From contig DATIGQ010000081.1 in the NCBI GenBank assembly GCA_035454605.1, forward strand, positions 6,151 through 70,150: DNA of 64,000 bases. The letters run 5' to 3'. The translations under genes and the position numbers were made by a program. This document shows positions 47,708 through 56,552 of this stretch, piece by piece (within the stretch, counting starts at the first letter, position 1; every line of letters begins with the position of its first letter). A model generated the notes under the pieces. It did no database searches, had not been told where the DNA came from, and saw nothing but the letters and a program-made list of their open reading frames with translations. The DNA is from Terriglobales bacterium. Its GTDB lineage: Bacteria; Acidobacteriota; Terriglobia; Terriglobales; Acidobacteriaceae.

Positions 47708-48172
47708 GTGAAAGAAACCGCTCGCCTCGCTGATCAGCTCCAACGCTCGTACGCCGGTCGCGCATGGCACGGCCCGTCCTTGCGTCAGGTCCTGGCCGGC
47801 GTCGACGCGCGACGCGCCGCCGCTCATCCCGTCCGGCACACGCACTCCATCTGGGAACTGGTGCTGCACGTCACCACCTGGAACCGCGCCGTCCTACGCC
47901 GGGTCGAAGGGCGGAACATTCGCGTCTCCGCTGCGGAAAATTTTCCTAAGGTCACCGACACCGGCCCGGCGGCATGGAAGCAAGCCCTGACTTCGCTCGC
48001 CGATGCGCACCGTGCTCTGCACCGGGCCATCGTTCGCCTGCCCGATTCCCGCCTCGGGCGCAAGGTACCGGGCAAGCCACACTCGCTCTACTTCATGCTG
48101 CATGGCCTGGTGCAACACAACCTCTACCATGCGGGACAGATGGCGTTACTGAAGAAGGCAGGAAGGAAGTAG
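47708..48172 (+). CDS. DinB-family (DinB_2/DUF664-like) four-helix-bundle protein
   Basis: HSIWELVLHVTTWN...HNLYHAGQMALLKK. GTG start. Confidence 0.8.
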   Translation: MKETARLADQLQRSYAGRAWHGPSLRQVLAGVDARRAAAHPVRHTHSIWELVLHVTTWNRAVLRRVEGRNIRVSAAENFPKVTDTGPAAWKQALTSLADAHRALHRAIVRLPDSRLGRKVPGKPHSLYFMLHGLVQHNLYHAGQMALLKKAGRK

Positions 48173-48211
48173 CAGTTCTCAGTTCGTCGTTCGCAGATCG
48201 CCGTTCGTTCT
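48170..48211. repeat. 7-nt periodic array (6 heptads) between convergent genes, overlapping the last ~11 codons of the TPR/receiver ORF
   Basis: tagcagt tctcagt tcgtcgt tcgcaga tcgccgt tcgttct. Confidence 0.7.
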
Positions 48212-49669
48212 CGCCCTTCCCATCGCCAGCCTTGTCATGGCCAGCAGGTCGCTGACGCCGAAGGGAGCGGTGATGGCCAGCGCCCGCGATTCCTCCAGGA
48301 ACGTTTGCAGCTCGGCGTCGCTTTCGTCGCTGAGCGCCAGCACGAACTTGCGTTCCGCGCCCGGCTGGTTGCGTTCCAGCCAGCGATAGATTTCGCGCCC
48401 GCTCCAGCCCGCCGGCAACTCATCGCTCACCACAATGGCGTCGTACGGCGACTTCTCCAGACGCACCACGGCGTCCTCGCCGCGCCCCAGTGCCAGCACC
48501 TCAGCGCCCGCGCCCGCCAGCACCTTGCGCGCAAAATCACGCACTGCCTCGTGCGGATGCACCACCAGGACCCGTCCTGCCAGCAACCCTTCCTTCCCGT
48601 TGCGCGCCGCAGCCGGGTGCGGAATCAGCGAACTGGGCGGCAATTCGAAAACCCGCCGGATGGGCAGCGGCGCCAAAGGCAGCCGCAGGCGGAATGTGCG
48701 GTACGCGATGGCGGCTACCACCACGGCCACTATGCCCAGCATTGCCAGTTGCACTACAGTCGCCAGCGAGATGTGCGCAACCGGAGGCGACCCTTTCGGT
48801 GCGGTGCCCGCTTCCAGCCGAGTCACCGCAGCAGGCGCGGGACTCACCTTTGCAGCCGCCCCGGTGCGGCTCGATTTCCCCGCATTCACGACAGGAGCCG
48901 CCGCGGCGATCGGAGCAGCCGCAACAGGTAATGTGGTCGTCGCCGGCAACTCGCTCGCAGGTTTCGGTGGCTCTACCGTTGCAGGCTTCGCGCTTTCCCT
49001 CCCAGCGGACTTCATGGCGTCGTCCGCTAGGCGCTTGGGGCTCTCGCTAGCCGCGCCGGCCGGAACGGGCGCTGGACTTCCCGATCCCGCCCTCGGCGCT
49101 CCCAGGGAGGCCAGCGCCTCGCGCACTTCTGGATCATTGGGATACTGGTCTTGTGCCTGATGGAACAGCGCGCGCGCTTCCTCCTGCCGTCCCATCCACA
49201 GCAGCACGAACGCCTTCCCTACCAGCGCGTCATAAAGACTTGGGTTGCGCGCCAGCACGCGGTCGTAAGTTTCCAGTGCCCGCTGGTTCTGCCCTTGCCA
49301 CGACGCGACTTTGGCGGTCCCGATCAGCGCGGCTGCGTTCTGCGGTTCTGCGTCCAGCACCCGCTGGTATTCGCGCGCCGCCTCCGGGAATCGCCGCAGG
49401 ATGGCCAGCGTGCGCGCATACTCCAGCCGCACCACGGTGTTTTGGGAATCCGAGGCCAGGTAGCGTTCGAGCGGCTCGATTGCCGCAGCGAAGCGCCCCG
49501 CGGAATGCAGGGCTCGCACCCGGTTCAGTGTCTGCTCGGCTGAGGCGGCCGGCTCATTCTGTTCTTGCGCCGCGAGGTACCCAGGCGCCGCCCACGCAGA
49601 AGCGATCAGCGCCGCCATCAACGCCAGCGCGGGGGCCCGCCAACGTGAACTACGAGAAATTGCCGGCAT
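48179..49669 (-). CDS. Membrane protein: signal/periplasmic TPR repeats, Pro/Ala-rich linker, TM helix, cytoplasmic degenerate receiver-like domain
   Basis: ATG 49669 after AAGGAAG. TPR-like helices (RLEYARTLAILRRFPEAAREYQRVLDAEPQN...). TM LAMLGIVAVVVAAIAY. C-terminal RVLVVHPHEAV...YDAIVVSDELP...FVLALSD...ITAPF resembles REC but lacks the DD pair and the conserved Lys. Confidence 0.7.
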   Translation of the reverse strand: MPAISRSSRWRAPALALMAALIASAWAAPGYLAAQEQNEPAASAEQTLNRVRALHSAGRFAAAIEPLERYLASDSQNTVVRLEYARTLAILRRFPEAAREYQRVLDAEPQNAAALIGTAKVASWQGQNQRALETYDRVLARNPSLYDALVGKAFVLLWMGRQEEARALFHQAQDQYPNDPEVREALASLGAPRAGSGSPAPVPAGAASESPKRLADDAMKSAGRESAKPATVEPPKPASELPATTTLPVAAAPIAAAAPVVNAGKSSRTGAAAKVSPAPAAVTRLEAGTAPKGSPPVAHISLATVVQLAMLGIVAVVVAAIAYRTFRLRLPLAPLPIRRVFELPPSSLIPHPAAARNGKEGLLAGRVLVVHPHEAVRDFARKVLAGAGAEVLALGRGEDAVVRLEKSPYDAIVVSDELPAGWSGREIYRWLERNQPGAERKFVLALSDESDAELQTFLEESRALAITAPFGVSDLLAMTRLAMGRARTNGDLRTTN

Positions 49670-49769
49670 CACTTCCTTGGATGTCCATGGTAGCGCCGCC
49701 GCACACGCCGCAGTGATGGCGGAACCACGAAAGGCAACGGCGACCCCAGAGTCGCTCACGCCGTTGGCG

Positions 49770-49799
49770 ATTGTCATTCCGAGCGAAAGCGAGGAATTC
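49770..49799 (+). repeat. REP-like element copy
   Basis: attgtcattccgagcgaaagcgaggaattc. Confidence 0.65.
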
Positions 49800-49866
49800 G
49801 CTTTCCGGCCGGGAAAAGCCACGGATCGCGGTCGTGGGCTAAATTTGCCTGCTAGAATCAGGCCCC

Positions 49867-50901
49867 TTGTCTGCCAGCACGACCAAAACCCGGGTCGCCG
49901 TTGTCGGCGTAGGTGCTTTCGGGCGCAATCACGCCCGCGTCTATCGCGAACTTGCCGAGCAGGACGGTAACGTCGAACTCGTCGGCATCATCGATTCCAA
50001 CCCTTCTCACGCCGCAGCCGTCGCCGCCGAATTCTCCACGCGCCGCTTCAACTCACTGGAAGAGTTGCGCGGCGAGGTGGACGCCGCCTCGGTCGCCGTG
50101 CCTACGGTGGCACACCTGGAGGTGGCGCGGGCGCTGATGGAAGCCGGCATTGATGTGCTCATCGAGAAGCCGGTGGCCACGTCGCTCGCCGAAGCCGACG
50201 AGTTGATCCGTCTCGCGCAGCGCACCGGGCGCATCGGCATGGTGGGACACCTGGAGCGCTTCAACCCGGCGGTGCGGGCCACGGCCGCGCTGGTGAACTC
50301 GCCCATGTTCTTCGAGGTGCACCGGCTCAGCGTGTTCACACCGCGCTCGCTGGACGTGGATGTGGTCCTCGACCTGATGATCCACGACCTCGACATTGTC
50401 CTCAGCTTCGTGCGCTCCCCGGTGAAGGAGGTCCGCGCCGTCGGCCTGCCGATTCTTTCCTCCAAGGTGGACATCGCCAACGTGCGCATGGAATTCGATT
50501 CCGGCTGTGTGGCCAACTTCACCGCCAGTCGCGTTTCGACCGAGCGCGTGCGCAAGCTGCGCTTCTTCCAGCCGCACCAGTACATCTCCGTGGACTATTC
50601 CCGGCAGGACGTGCTGGTGTTCACCGTAGACCCGGCGGCTGCAGCCACCGCTCCCGCTGAGGAAACCGGCCTGCCGTTCACCAACCCCGGCATTGCGGTG
50701 GCTCGCCCCGAGGTGGTTCGCGAGGAACCCCTGCACGCCGAGCTGCGCGCCTTCCTGCGCGCCGTGCGCGAGCGCTCCCGCCCCCAGGTGCCGCTCGAAG
50801 AAGGCCGGCGCGCCTTGTCCCTGGCCCTGGAAATCCTGGAAGTCATCCGCCAGCACGGCCGCCGCATCCAACTGGAAGGCGTACCCGGACAGGGACGCTG
50901 A
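49867..50901 (+). CDS. Gfo/Idh/MocA-family NAD(P)-dependent oxidoreductase
   Basis: RVAVVGVGAFGRNHARVY (Rossmann), EKPVA motif, C-terminal alpha/beta domain. TTG start. Confidence 0.85.
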   Translation: MSASTTKTRVAVVGVGAFGRNHARVYRELAEQDGNVELVGIIDSNPSHAAAVAAEFSTRRFNSLEELRGEVDAASVAVPTVAHLEVARALMEAGIDVLIEKPVATSLAEADELIRLAQRTGRIGMVGHLERFNPAVRATAALVNSPMFFEVHRLSVFTPRSLDVDVVLDLMIHDLDIVLSFVRSPVKEVRAVGLPILSSKVDIANVRMEFDSGCVANFTASRVSTERVRKLRFFQPHQYISVDYSRQDVLVFTVDPAAAATAPAEETGLPFTNPGIAVARPEVVREEPLHAELRAFLRAVRERSRPQVPLEEGRRALSLALEILEVIRQHGRRIQLEGVPGQGR

Positions 50902-51088
50902 TCCCACGTCCGCGCCAAAAGGCGGGCGCAGACCATGGGGCAGCGTCGGCAAAGCCCGGTGGCGAACCGGTTCCCTCCCGTCCCTGCCGCCGGGCAGCCC
51001 TGCGCCGGGAGTGAGACAATAGAACTCGCGGCTTCGGAAGGGCACGGCTCGGTAGGTCGGACCTTCAGGTCCGACTCGCGAAGCGACC

Positions 51089-52216
51089 GTGCCGTTCAGG
51101 CAGCTCGAGCAACGGCTTCGCCCCTGGGGTAAGAGGCTCCAACCCTTGGCCACGCGCTACATCATCCCGGTGCCTTCGGAAACGGCGACCAGCCGGGAGC
51201 CGTCCGTCCGCTCGCCGCTGCCCCCCCTCGAAGTCCCTGCCCTGCTGCTGGAACTCGACGACGAGCGCACCCGCGCCCGCCGCCGCGAGGGCATGCTGAT
51301 CTCGGTGATCGCGCATCTGGTGGCGATGATGGCCATCGTGCTCTTGCCGCCGCTTCTGCCCCAGTCGCGCGGCATCAACGTCGCCACCACCGAAGATCTG
51401 CTGCGCAACAAGGAACTCACCTACCTCGAGCTTCCGCCCGATTCGCAAACGCCACCGGCAAAACCGCCCGACACCAAGATCATCTCCGACAAGGACCGCA
51501 TCGCCACCTCGCGCGCTCCGGTGTTGGACAAGAAAACACTGGACGAGCTGCGCGATAGCCGCCGCCCGGGACCGCCGGGAGCGAGCGCGCCACCTGTTCC
51601 TCCGGCTTCCGCGGTCCTGCCCCAGATGGGCGCCGGCGCGGCTCCGCCTGCTCAGTCCGGTCCTGACCAGACTCCGCAGGGAACTGAGGTAGCCAGCCTG
51701 CAAACCCCGCCCATGATGCGTGGAAGCGGCGTTTTCGGCGCCGGACGCTCCGCCGGCTCCACGATCGAAGAGGCGGCGCGGGCCGCTGCGGCCCGTGGCG
51801 GCGCCGGCGGATCGGTGGGCGCCGGGGGCGACTACGGCCTGGGGCCAGGGTCGCCGGCCAAGGTGCGCAGCGACCTCGACATCATGAGCGACACCATGGG
51901 CGTGGACTTCGGTCCCTACCTCTCCCGGGTCCTGCTCTCGGTGCGCCAGAACTGGTACAACCTTGTTCCCGAGGCTGCGCGGCCACCGCTGATGAAGAGC
52001 GGCAAAGTCTCCATCCAGTTCGCTATCCTGAAGGATGGCAGTGTGGCCGGCATGCGCCTGGCACAGACTTCCGGCGACGTCTCGCTGGACCGCGCCGCTT
52101 GGGGCGGCATCACCGCTTCCAATCCCTTCCCGCCCCTTCCCGCCGAGTTCCGCGGCAATTACCTGGAACTGCGCTTCCACTTCTATTACAACCCGGGCCG
52201 CAACGAGATGCGGTAA
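51089..52216 (+). CDS. TonB-family protein (C-terminal TonB_C-like domain); start uncertain
   Basis: TM ISVIAHLVAMMAIVLLPPLL, Pro-rich middle, C-terminal KVSIQFAILKDGSVAGMRLAQTSGDVSLDRAAWGGI. Confidence 0.7.
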   Translation: MPFRQLEQRLRPWGKRLQPLATRYIIPVPSETATSREPSVRSPLPPLEVPALLLELDDERTRARRREGMLISVIAHLVAMMAIVLLPPLLPQSRGINVATTEDLLRNKELTYLELPPDSQTPPAKPPDTKIISDKDRIATSRAPVLDKKTLDELRDSRRPGPPGASAPPVPPASAVLPQMGAGAAPPAQSGPDQTPQGTEVASLQTPPMMRGSGVFGAGRSAGSTIEEAARAAAARGGAGGSVGAGGDYGLGPGSPAKVRSDLDIMSDTMGVDFGPYLSRVLLSVRQNWYNLVPEAARPPLMKSGKVSIQFAILKDGSVAGMRLAQTSGDVSLDRAAWGGITASNPFPPLPAEFRGNYLELRFHFYYNPGRNEMR

Positions 52217-52219
52217 GGC

Positions 52220-52327
52220 ATGCAGGCGGAACGGCGGGAAGCCATCGGGTTGATTCTGGTCGCTCTGCTCGTCCTGGCCTTTGTGCTGCTGCGCTACGGC
52301 GGCAGCATCCCGTGGGGCGCGCGTTGA
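52220..52327 (+). CDS. Possible small hydrophobic peptide (35 aa)
   Basis: MQAERREAIGLILVALLVLAFVLLRYGGSIPWGAR. The stop overlaps the candidate miaA TTG start (TTGA). No SD seen. Speculative. Confidence 0.3.
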   Translation: MQAERREAIGLILVALLVLAFVLLRYGGSIPWGAR

Positions 52328-53286
52328 CCGCTGAAGCAGCCGGAGGAAAGCGCGACCCCTTGCTGGTTGCCGTGGTCGGACCCACGGGCAGCGGCAAGAG
52401 TGCGTTGGCGGCGGCCCTGGCGGAGCGCTTCCACGGAGAGATCGTCAACTGCGATTCGGTCGCGTTCTACCGCGAGTTCGAGATCGGCACGGCCAAGCCG
52501 TCGGCGGAAGAGCGCCGTCGCGCGCCGCATCATCTCCTGGATGTGGTCGGGCCCACCGAGTACATCACCGCCGGCGATTATGCGCGACGCGCTCGTGCCG
52601 TGCTCGCCGAGATCCGCAGCCGCGGGCATCTGCCCATCGTGGCGGGCGGCTCCGGGCTCTACCTGCGGGCGCTGCTCGAAGGATTGTTTCCCGGCCCCCC
52701 GCGCTCGGAAGCGCTGCGCGAGCGCCTGCGCGCTAGCGCCCGCAAGCACGGCTCGTCCCATCTGCACCGCATGCTGCGGCGGCTGGATCCTGCGGCCGCG
52801 GAAAAGATCCACCCTAACGACGCACCCAAGCTGATTCGCGCCCTCGAAGTCTGCCTGGAAGCCCGCAGCAAGATGACCGACCTCTGGCGCCGGGGTCGCG
52901 ATCCGCTCACCGGCTTTCGCGTGTTGCGCATCGGCCTGAACCCGGAACGCAACGCGCTTTACGCCCGCATCAACCGGCGCGCGAAACGCATGTTCGAGCA
53001 GGGCCTGGTGGAAGAAACCCGCCGCCTGCTCGAGACCTACGGTGAAGCCGCTCGTCCCCTGGGTTCACTCGGTTACCGGCAGGCGGTACAACTCCTGCGC
53101 GGTGAAATCGACCCCAAGCTGGCGGTCTGGGCCACGCAGCAGGCGCACCGCAATTACGCAAAACGCCAGTTGACCTGGTTCCGTCGTGAACCCGATGTGC
53201 ACTGGCTCTGCGGGTTTGGGGATGAGGGGAGCGTGCGAGACGAAGCCGTGCGCATTGTTGAGGCGGCAACTCGCGATAGGCAATAA
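52324..53286 (+). CDS. miaA: tRNA dimethylallyltransferase MiaA
   Basis: VAVVGPTGSGKSALAAALAERFHGEIVNCDSVAFYREFEIGTAKPS...HHLLDV. Start at TTG 52324 or GTG 52312. Confidence 0.9.
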   Translation: MTAEAAGGKRDPLLVAVVGPTGSGKSALAAALAERFHGEIVNCDSVAFYREFEIGTAKPSAEERRRAPHHLLDVVGPTEYITAGDYARRARAVLAEIRSRGHLPIVAGGSGLYLRALLEGLFPGPPRSEALRERLRASARKHGSSHLHRMLRRLDPAAAEKIHPNDAPKLIRALEVCLEARSKMTDLWRRGRDPLTGFRVLRIGLNPERNALYARINRRAKRMFEQGLVEETRRLLETYGEAARPLGSLGYRQAVQLLRGEIDPKLAVWATQQAHRNYAKRQLTWFRREPDVHWLCGFGDEGSVRDEAVRIVEAATRDRQ

Positions 53287-53290
53287 GCGA

Positions 53291-53325
53291 TCGGCCTTTG
53301 GCTTTGGTCTCCTGGCTGTGGCTCA
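53291..53325. repeat. 7-nt periodic array (5 heptads, weaker) after miaA
   Basis: tcggcct ttggctt tggtctc ctggctg tggctca. Confidence 0.5.
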
Positions 53326-53487
53326 CGTTTGCTGTTGCTGCTCATTGAGGATCTCCGCCCAGGCTAGGTAGAGAAGCTGCGCGAAGTCATCGCGGTCGGC
53401 GCGGTACTCGGCCAGATAGCCCCCGGGCGGACGAGGCGGAAGGGCGATCCGATCGATTTCATGAACGATATGCATGTCGTCGCTCAT
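53323..53487 (-). CDS. Possible small protein (54 aa), hypothetical
   Basis: Hand-translated: MSDDMHIVHEIDRIALPPRPPGGYLAEYRADRDDFAQLLYLAWAEILNEQQQQT. GGGAG lies ~8 nt upstream. Below the ORF-track cutoff. Confidence 0.35.
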   Translation of the reverse strand: MSDDMHIVHEIDRIALPPRPPGGYLAEYRADRDDFAQLLYLAWAEILNEQQQQT

Positions 53488-53540
53488 TCTCTGACTCCCA
53501 TGACCGATTCGCCCTTCCTGCCCATCCCACGTCCGCAGTT

Positions 53541-54395
53541 CTACCCCTTGGCCAGGCCCAGGCGTTTGCCGGTTTCAACAAAGGCCTTGAGCCGCGTGGC
53601 AAGCAGGTCGTTCCAGCCGCCGGTGTAATTGGCACGGGTCTGTTCAGTGACTTCGCCGATGGCGCGGTGCGAAAGCTTGAGTCGCGTTCCTTTGCCATCG
53701 GGTTCCAGTTCGTAGCCAATGACGCCACTCACCGCGCCGCTCATTCCCATCGGCCCGGAGAGCGTCAGCTTGTGGTCGCGCTCGATGGCGGTTACCACGG
53801 CCCACAGGGCGCCGTCGCCTTCCTGCCAGACTTCGTAGAGCCGGCCGCCGATCTCCGGCTCTAGCACGATGCTTCGAGCGTTCTGGTTGAGCAGGTACGG
53901 CGCACCCCACCAGGCAGCGATGTCCTTCGTTAATGCTTCAAAGACGCGCTTCGGCGGGGCCCCAATGTGCACTTCCTGCTCGATGTGGATGGATTGCGGC
54001 GCGACCGGCATTTCGCTTACCCGCGCCGCCGCTTTTCCGGCTGCTGCACTCATGGCTTCTTCTCCTTGTTCGAGTTCGGCGCTGCGCTTCAGCCGCAGGA
54101 GGGACGATGCCCAGTGCGCCTCGTACGGACTGATCCAGCGCTCGTAAATGCGTTGCAGAGGCACGGCGTTGAGGTGGTTCCAGCGCTCGCGGCCGCGTCG
54201 CCGTACCACGATCAGGCCGGCCCGCTCCAGCACGCGCAAGTGCTTCATGACTGCGAAGCGCGTAACCCGGAAGCGGGCGGCCAGTTCGCCGGTCGTGCGC
54301 GGCCGCAGCTTCACCAGGTCCAGCAGGCGCCGGCGCGTCGGGTCGCTCAGCGCCTTCCAGACCGGGGTCAAACCGTCTCTCGTAGCTTGCCTCAT
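53541..54395 (-). CDS. ArsR-family HTH regulator fused to an SRPBCC/AHSA1-like domain
   Basis: ALSDPTRRRLLDLV...TGELAARFRVTRFAVMKHLRVLERAGLIV, followed by a ~150-aa START/AHSA1-like C-terminal domain. Alternative GTG start at 54413. Confidence 0.85.
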   Translation of the reverse strand: MRQATRDGLTPVWKALSDPTRRRLLDLVKLRPRTTGELAARFRVTRFAVMKHLRVLERAGLIVVRRRGRERWNHLNAVPLQRIYERWISPYEAHWASSLLRLKRSAELEQGEEAMSAAAGKAAARVSEMPVAPQSIHIEQEVHIGAPPKRVFEALTKDIAAWWGAPYLLNQNARSIVLEPEIGGRLYEVWQEGDGALWAVVTAIERDHKLTLSGPMGMSGAVSGVIGYELEPDGKGTRLKLSHRAIGEVTEQTRANYTGGWNDLLATRLKAFVETGKRLGLAKG

Positions 54396-54420
54396 ATGTG
54401 ACCATATGGTCACATATGAG
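54391..54420. promoter_or_regulatory. Perfect 30-bp palindrome, candidate operator
   Basis: ctcatatgtgaccatatggtcacatatgag is identical to its own reverse complement. It overlaps the regulator's start codon(s). Confidence 0.6.
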
Positions 54421-54579
54421 ATGCGCCGGTGTCAAGCCGGTTGCGGGAAAATTTTCTCCGGCAAAACCACCCTTCTCGGCGCCGGTTCTTGGCTCCTGGC
54501 CCTTGGGCTTTGCCTTGCTGCCTGTCGCACGTTTGCCCGAAACCAAAGAGACACGGTACGGATTCGGTTTTTCTCTGTT

Positions 54580-56532
54580 ATGTTCACGGTGATGCGCGTC
54601 CGGCTGGCTGCCCTGCTCTTCCTCCTGCTGGTCCCCTCTTCGCTTGCGCGCGACAAGTTCCAGCAATCGGCCCCGGTGCGGCTCACTCGCGGCGGCGAAA
54701 AGTGGGCCGAGCGTACCTTGCGCAAGATGTCGCTCGAGGAGAAGGTCGGCCAGCTGTTCATGCTCAAGGCGCCGGCCCAGTTCCTGAACCTCGAAAGCCC
54801 GGAGTACCTGGCCCTGCGCGACGCCATTGACCGCTACCACGTGGGCGGATTCCTGCTCACCGTGCGCTCGGAAAACGGCATGGTCTACCGCAACCAGCCC
54901 TACGAGGCGGCCATGTTCACCAACCAGTTGCAACGCGAAAGCGACGTGCCGCTGATATTCGCCGCCGACTTCGAGCGCGGCCCCTCCATGCGTTTCGACG
55001 GGACCACGCCCTTCCCGCACGCCATGGCCTTCGGCGCCGCCGGGCGCACCGAATACGTCGACGCCTTCGCGCGCGTGGTGGCGGAAGAGTCCCGCGCGCT
55101 CGGCGTAGTGTGGAACTTCTTCCCGGTGGCGGACGTGAACTCCGAACCCTCCAATCCCATCATCAACACGCGCGCTTTCGGCGAGGATCCGGAGCAGGTA
55201 AGCCGCCTTGTCACCGCCTACATACGCGCTGCGCGCGACAGCGGACTGCTGACCACCGCCAAGCATTTTCCGGGACACGGCGACACCCAGACCGACTCCC
55301 ACATCGGGGCGGCCAGTGTCACTGGCGATCGCGACCATCTGGAACGCGTGGCACTGGCGCCGTTCCGCCGCGCCATCGCTGCCGGCGTCGATTCCATCAT
55401 GGTGGCGCATGTCACGGTGCCGGCGCTCGACTCCGCGACCGACCGGGTGGCCACCACCTCGCCCGCCGTAGTGACCGGCCTGCTGAAAGGGCAACTCGGT
55501 TTCCACGGAGTCGTGGTCACCGATGCCATGGAGATGAGCGCCGTCACGCGCCTTTACGGAGGTGGGAACGGCCACGACCCCGGCCGGGCGGCCGTGGATG
55601 CCGTCAAGGCCGGCCAGGACCTGATCACCATACCCGCGAATATCGACGCATCCTATCGCGCCCTGCTGGATGCCGTTCGCAGCGGCGAGATATCGGAGGA
55701 CCGCATTGATGCCAGCGTGCGCAAGCTGCTGCGCCTGAAGGCGTCGGTCGGCCTCGACCGGGCCAAGCTGGTGGACATCCACCAGCTCTCGCGCCTTGTC
55801 GCCCGGCCCCAGAGCCTGGCACTGGCGCAGGAGATCTCCGATGCGGCCGTTACCCTGGTCCGCTCGAACGGCACGCTGCTGCCGCTGCGGGCCGAAGGTT
55901 TCCGTACCGCACCCGCTTCTGCACCGGAAAGCGATGGAACCGCGCCCGGCCCGGCAGCGTATTCAACCCTAGGGAGTGGCGCGCGCCTGCTGGTCGTAAT
56001 CTTTGTGGACGACCTGCGCAGTGAGTACGGCCGCGTCTTGCAGCGCGAGCTTCGCGCCCGCGTCCCCCAGGCTGAGGTGATCTTCGTGGACTTGCGGACG
56101 GCAGCCGCACTCTCTCCGCGCCTGTTGCAATCGGCGGAACAGGCCACTGCCGTGGTCGCGGCGGTATTTGCCACGCCCACCGCCGGGCGTCGCGTGCTGA
56201 TGAACGGACATTCGGTCAACTCGGTTTCCCTGGCGGAAGCACCCGCACGGCTGATGCAGGAACTCTTGCAGCGCGCCGGCGAACGTACGGTGCTGGTAGC
56301 GCTGGGTAACCCTTATCTGGCGGCGGACTTCCCTGTGCTGGCGAACTATCTCTGCACCTATTCCGGCGTCCCCACTTCGGAAGTCAGTGCCGTCAAGGCC
56401 CTGTTCGGCGAGATTCCCGTCCGTGGCCGCCTTCCGGTAACCATACCGGGCGTAGCGGCTCGCGGCGCCGGCATCGACCTGGGACCGCCGCCGCAAGCGG
56501 CGGCAGTCGCCCCACCCACCGTCCACCACTAA
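54580..56532 (+). CDS. Glycoside hydrolase family 3 (NagZ/beta-glucosidase-like), secreted
   Basis: Signal ...RVRLAALLFLLLVPSSLA. EKVGQLFM..., KHFPGHGDTQTDSH, and an extra C-terminal domain. The upstream in-frame part of the ORF lies over the palindrome and was excluded. Confidence 0.85.
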   Translation: MFTVMRVRLAALLFLLLVPSSLARDKFQQSAPVRLTRGGEKWAERTLRKMSLEEKVGQLFMLKAPAQFLNLESPEYLALRDAIDRYHVGGFLLTVRSENGMVYRNQPYEAAMFTNQLQRESDVPLIFAADFERGPSMRFDGTTPFPHAMAFGAAGRTEYVDAFARVVAEESRALGVVWNFFPVADVNSEPSNPIINTRAFGEDPEQVSRLVTAYIRAARDSGLLTTAKHFPGHGDTQTDSHIGAASVTGDRDHLERVALAPFRRAIAAGVDSIMVAHVTVPALDSATDRVATTSPAVVTGLLKGQLGFHGVVVTDAMEMSAVTRLYGGGNGHDPGRAAVDAVKAGQDLITIPANIDASYRALLDAVRSGEISEDRIDASVRKLLRLKASVGLDRAKLVDIHQLSRLVARPQSLALAQEISDAAVTLVRSNGTLLPLRAEGFRTAPASAPESDGTAPGPAAYSTLGSGARLLVVIFVDDLRSEYGRVLQRELRARVPQAEVIFVDLRTAAALSPRLLQSAEQATAVVAAVFATPTAGRRVLMNGHSVNSVSLAEAPARLMQELLQRAGERTVLVALGNPYLAADFPVLANYLCTYSGVPTSEVSAVKALFGEIPVRGRLPVTIPGVAARGAGIDLGPPPQAAAVAPPTVHH

Positions 56533-56552
56533 TGTTAGGAAGGAGCGCTCTT

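Noticed and set aside
54398-54592. 64-aa plus-strand ORF starting MTIWSHM, and the long N-terminal extension of the GH3 ORF from 54148.
   Set aside because: The MTIWSHM peptide appears on both strands only because of the 30-bp perfect palindrome. The GH3 mature domain is preceded by its own signal peptide starting at 54580/54592. An upstream lipobox-like stretch (LALGLCLAAC) was noted, but it is too far from the catalytic domain and overlaps the divergent regulator's promoter region.
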